Shown here piece after piece: positions 62,317 through 64,000 of a DNA stretch of 64,000 nt. Position 1 is the stretch's first letter, and each line of letters opens with the position of its first letter. The stretch lies in NCBI GenBank assembly GCA_965222615.1, contig CBDCUI010000008.1:834222-898221 (forward strand), given 5' to 3'. Source of the DNA: Gammaproteobacteria bacterium. Lineage in GTDB: Bacteria; Pseudomonadota; Gammaproteobacteria; UBA4575. Both the position numbers and the translations under genes were made by a program. The notes beneath the pieces were generated by a model. That model saw only the letters and a list, made by a program, of their open reading frames with translations, was not told the DNA's origin and did not search any database.

Positions 62317-62745
62317 ATGACACGTTCAGAAAAATTAAATTCTGCTTTAGACCTTTTGGAGTTTAAGCTAAATAAAGAATTATCAGATCTTGTGGAAATT
62401 ATGCAGAAAAAGATCGAGAATGAAAAAAAGCTTACAGACTTAATTAACTATAAAAAAATCTATTCGCTGGACAATAATCGCAAAAACCAAACTATTGATA
62501 GCATACAGCTAAACCATAAGCTAATGAATAAAATACAAATAGCAATAGATACGCAGTATGATCTTGTTGAAAAAATGAATAATACAGTTAATGAAAAAAT
62601 TGAATTATTAAAAAAAGATAGAGCACAAACAAAGGCCCTTGAGTTACTAATTGATCGATATCAAAAACAAGAGATTCAGGCAAAAAATAGGCATGAACAA
62701 GAGGAGCTCGATGGCCAAATTCTTGTAAATTTAAAACACCAGTAA
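62317..62745 (+). CDS. fliJ: flagellar export protein FliJ
   Basis: 142-aa coiled-coil protein. Confidence 0.7.
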   Translation: MTRSEKLNSALDLLEFKLNKELSDLVEIMQKKIENEKKLTDLINYKKIYSLDNNRKNQTIDSIQLNHKLMNKIQIAIDTQYDLVEKMNNTVNEKIELLKKDRAQTKALELLIDRYQKQEIQAKNRHEQEELDGQILVNLKHQ

Positions 62746-62812
62746 ACATCACAGCTCTACAATAATTGGCCTAAAATGTGCATATAGTCTAGTAACAGAA
62801 ATATTACTAGCT

Positions 62813-64000
62813 ATGTCTGATATACCCTTATTATCAGCTGCTACGGCTTTACCGGCAGCTTTTCTTCAGCCTATACAAGAAACACCGATATCTTGTGAAA
62901 ATTGTGTGGCTGCATATGAAAATGGTCTTAATTTAGACGCAAAAAGTAGTTTTTTTGAGTACTTCAGTATTTCGCTAGATCAACTTGTACGACAAGAAAG
63001 CGGCAAACTATTGCCGAAAGTTGGCGATATTTTTCCGCAGACACTTTTACAACTAAAATCAGACAAGTTGCAGCCTCTTTTGAAAGAGGCTCCTGATAAT
63101 TATACCTCTATTGAAAGTGGCTTAGAACAAATACATCAGAAACTCGATGCTGAATTAAGATTAGGGTTATATGATTTATTGCAACCGATAAGTAGTTTTG
63201 CAGCAAGCAATTTAAATACATTACAAAATACCTTAGATATCGAAACACAGTTAGCAGATTTAGCAACTGACAGTAAAGGAATTTTGTACAAAGATGTTGA
63301 CGAGTCAAATTATTATTATCTGCTTCCCCAACAAGGTATAAATACACAGCAACAAATATTAGATGATATTACACTTGATGAATCTATAGATTTGCAGAAA
63401 ACTCCGTCGGCATTAGACAATTCGTTTGGATTGAATCAGAAAACAAGATATCAGTTTCAAGATAAAGTTATTAGTAGTAATGAAATTCAAGAAAAGTTAT
63501 TAAAAGAAGACTACTTTGATCAAGCTGTAGAAGAAAACATCGATTTTGAGCTATTTTCTCAGAAACAATCTATCAATAAAGAAACAACATATTCAGCTTT
63601 ATCTACTTATAAGACAAGCCCAAACTCTCAATATATAAATCCAATTTTACCACATGATTCAAATCAACGAGTTAGCATGGCTAATCCGACATCGTCGACT
63701 CATGATTTAGCATCATCAATACTAAAGCAAAATATTCATGATAATTTTGAGCTTATTAATCAAAATAATGAACAATCGTTAAATCAAAATATTAAATGGT
63801 TAATCAACAACAAAATACAAAACGCAAAGATTAATCTATATCCTGAGTCCTTGGGACACATAAATGTATCACTTAGCCTAGATGATACAAAGCTAACAAT
63901 CAATTTCATAGCTAGCAATATTACTGCTAGAGAAGTAATTGAAACAAATTTGTCTAATTTGAGGGAGCAGCTTAATGAAAGTGGAATTGATTTAAAAGAA
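62813..64000 (+). CDS. fliK: flagellar hook-length control protein FliK (3' end beyond window)
   Basis: Open frame from ATG 62813 to window end with no stop; C-terminal LYPESLGHINVSLSLDDTKLTINFIASNITAREVIE matches the FliK hook-length domain. Confidence 0.7.
   Translation, partial: MSDIPLLSAATALPAAFLQPIQETPISCENCVAAYENGLNLDAKSSFFEYFSISLDQLVRQESGKLLPKVGDIFPQTLLQLKSDKLQPLLKEAPDNYTSIESGLEQIHQKLDAELRLGLYDLLQPISSFAASNLNTLQNTLDIETQLADLATDSKGILYKDVDESNYYYLLPQQGINTQQQILDDITLDESIDLQKTPSALDNSFGLNQKTRYQFQDKVISSNEIQEKLLKEDYFDQAVEENIDFELFSQKQSINKETTYSALSTYKTSPNSQYINPILPHDSNQRVSMANPTSSTHDLASSILKQNIHDNFELINQNNEQSLNQNIKWLINNKIQNAKINLYPESLGHINVSLSLDDTKLTINFIASNITAREVIETNLSNLREQLNESGIDLKE

Noticed and set aside
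62760-64000. Absence of any listed plus-strand ORF after fliJ, despite obvious coding periodicity
   Set aside because: Not a gap. The frame opening at ATG 62813 stays open to the window edge, so it is missing from the ORF track only because it has no stop. The translation is FliK.

Overview
This 64-kb window comes from an AT-rich (about 40% GC) flagellated chemolithoautotrophic proteobacterium. Red-type form IC RuBisCO with cbbX in such an AT-rich genome would fit a Nitrosomonas-like ammonia oxidizer, but that is a low-confidence guess that cannot be verified here. The window has four parts. (1) 1-9577: a Calvin-Benson-Bassham operon with divergent cbbR (partial), then cbbL-cbbS-cbbX-rpe-tkt-fba-prk-[AT-rich ORFan]-cbbY. 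The rpe reading frame is broken by a 1-nt deletion in an A6 homopolymer. (2) 9910-25124: an accessory island. It holds two giant type I secretion substrates and their secretion system. The first is a 1936-aa cadherin-like RTX adhesin with 11 near-perfect 324-bp tandem repeats. The second is a 1169-aa RTX protein with 5 perfect 339-bp tandem repeats. Both end in GGxGxD repeats and a near-identical C-terminal secretion signal (...FDG[IV]EQI[NQ]W). Downstream lies an unusual T1SS with two tandem ABC transporter genes, one bare and one carrying an N-terminal C39-like domain, plus a HlyD-family membrane fusion protein. Both ABC signature motifs are degenerate. (3) 25160-36327: a minus-strand sensor kinase, substrate-binding protein and two single-domain response regulators. 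These are followed by motA-motB and a YcgR-like PilZ gene, a GltS-like FMN protein, an active GGDEF cyclase and a degenerate GGDEF protein with an intact I-site. (4) 36660-64000: a complete flagellar regulon: flgN-flgM-flgA (minus), flgBCDEFGHIJKL, fliC-flaG-fliD-fliS-fliT, a fleQ-like sigma-54 activator lacking a receiver domain, fleS-fleR, and fliEFGHIJK (fliK runs off the window end). Sigma-54 and sigma-28 promoter matches and several strong stem-loops are visible. No tRNA, rRNA, CRISPR, transposase or integrase was recognised. The tandem arrays are in-frame coding repeats. Their GC content and codon usage differ from the rest of their own genes.
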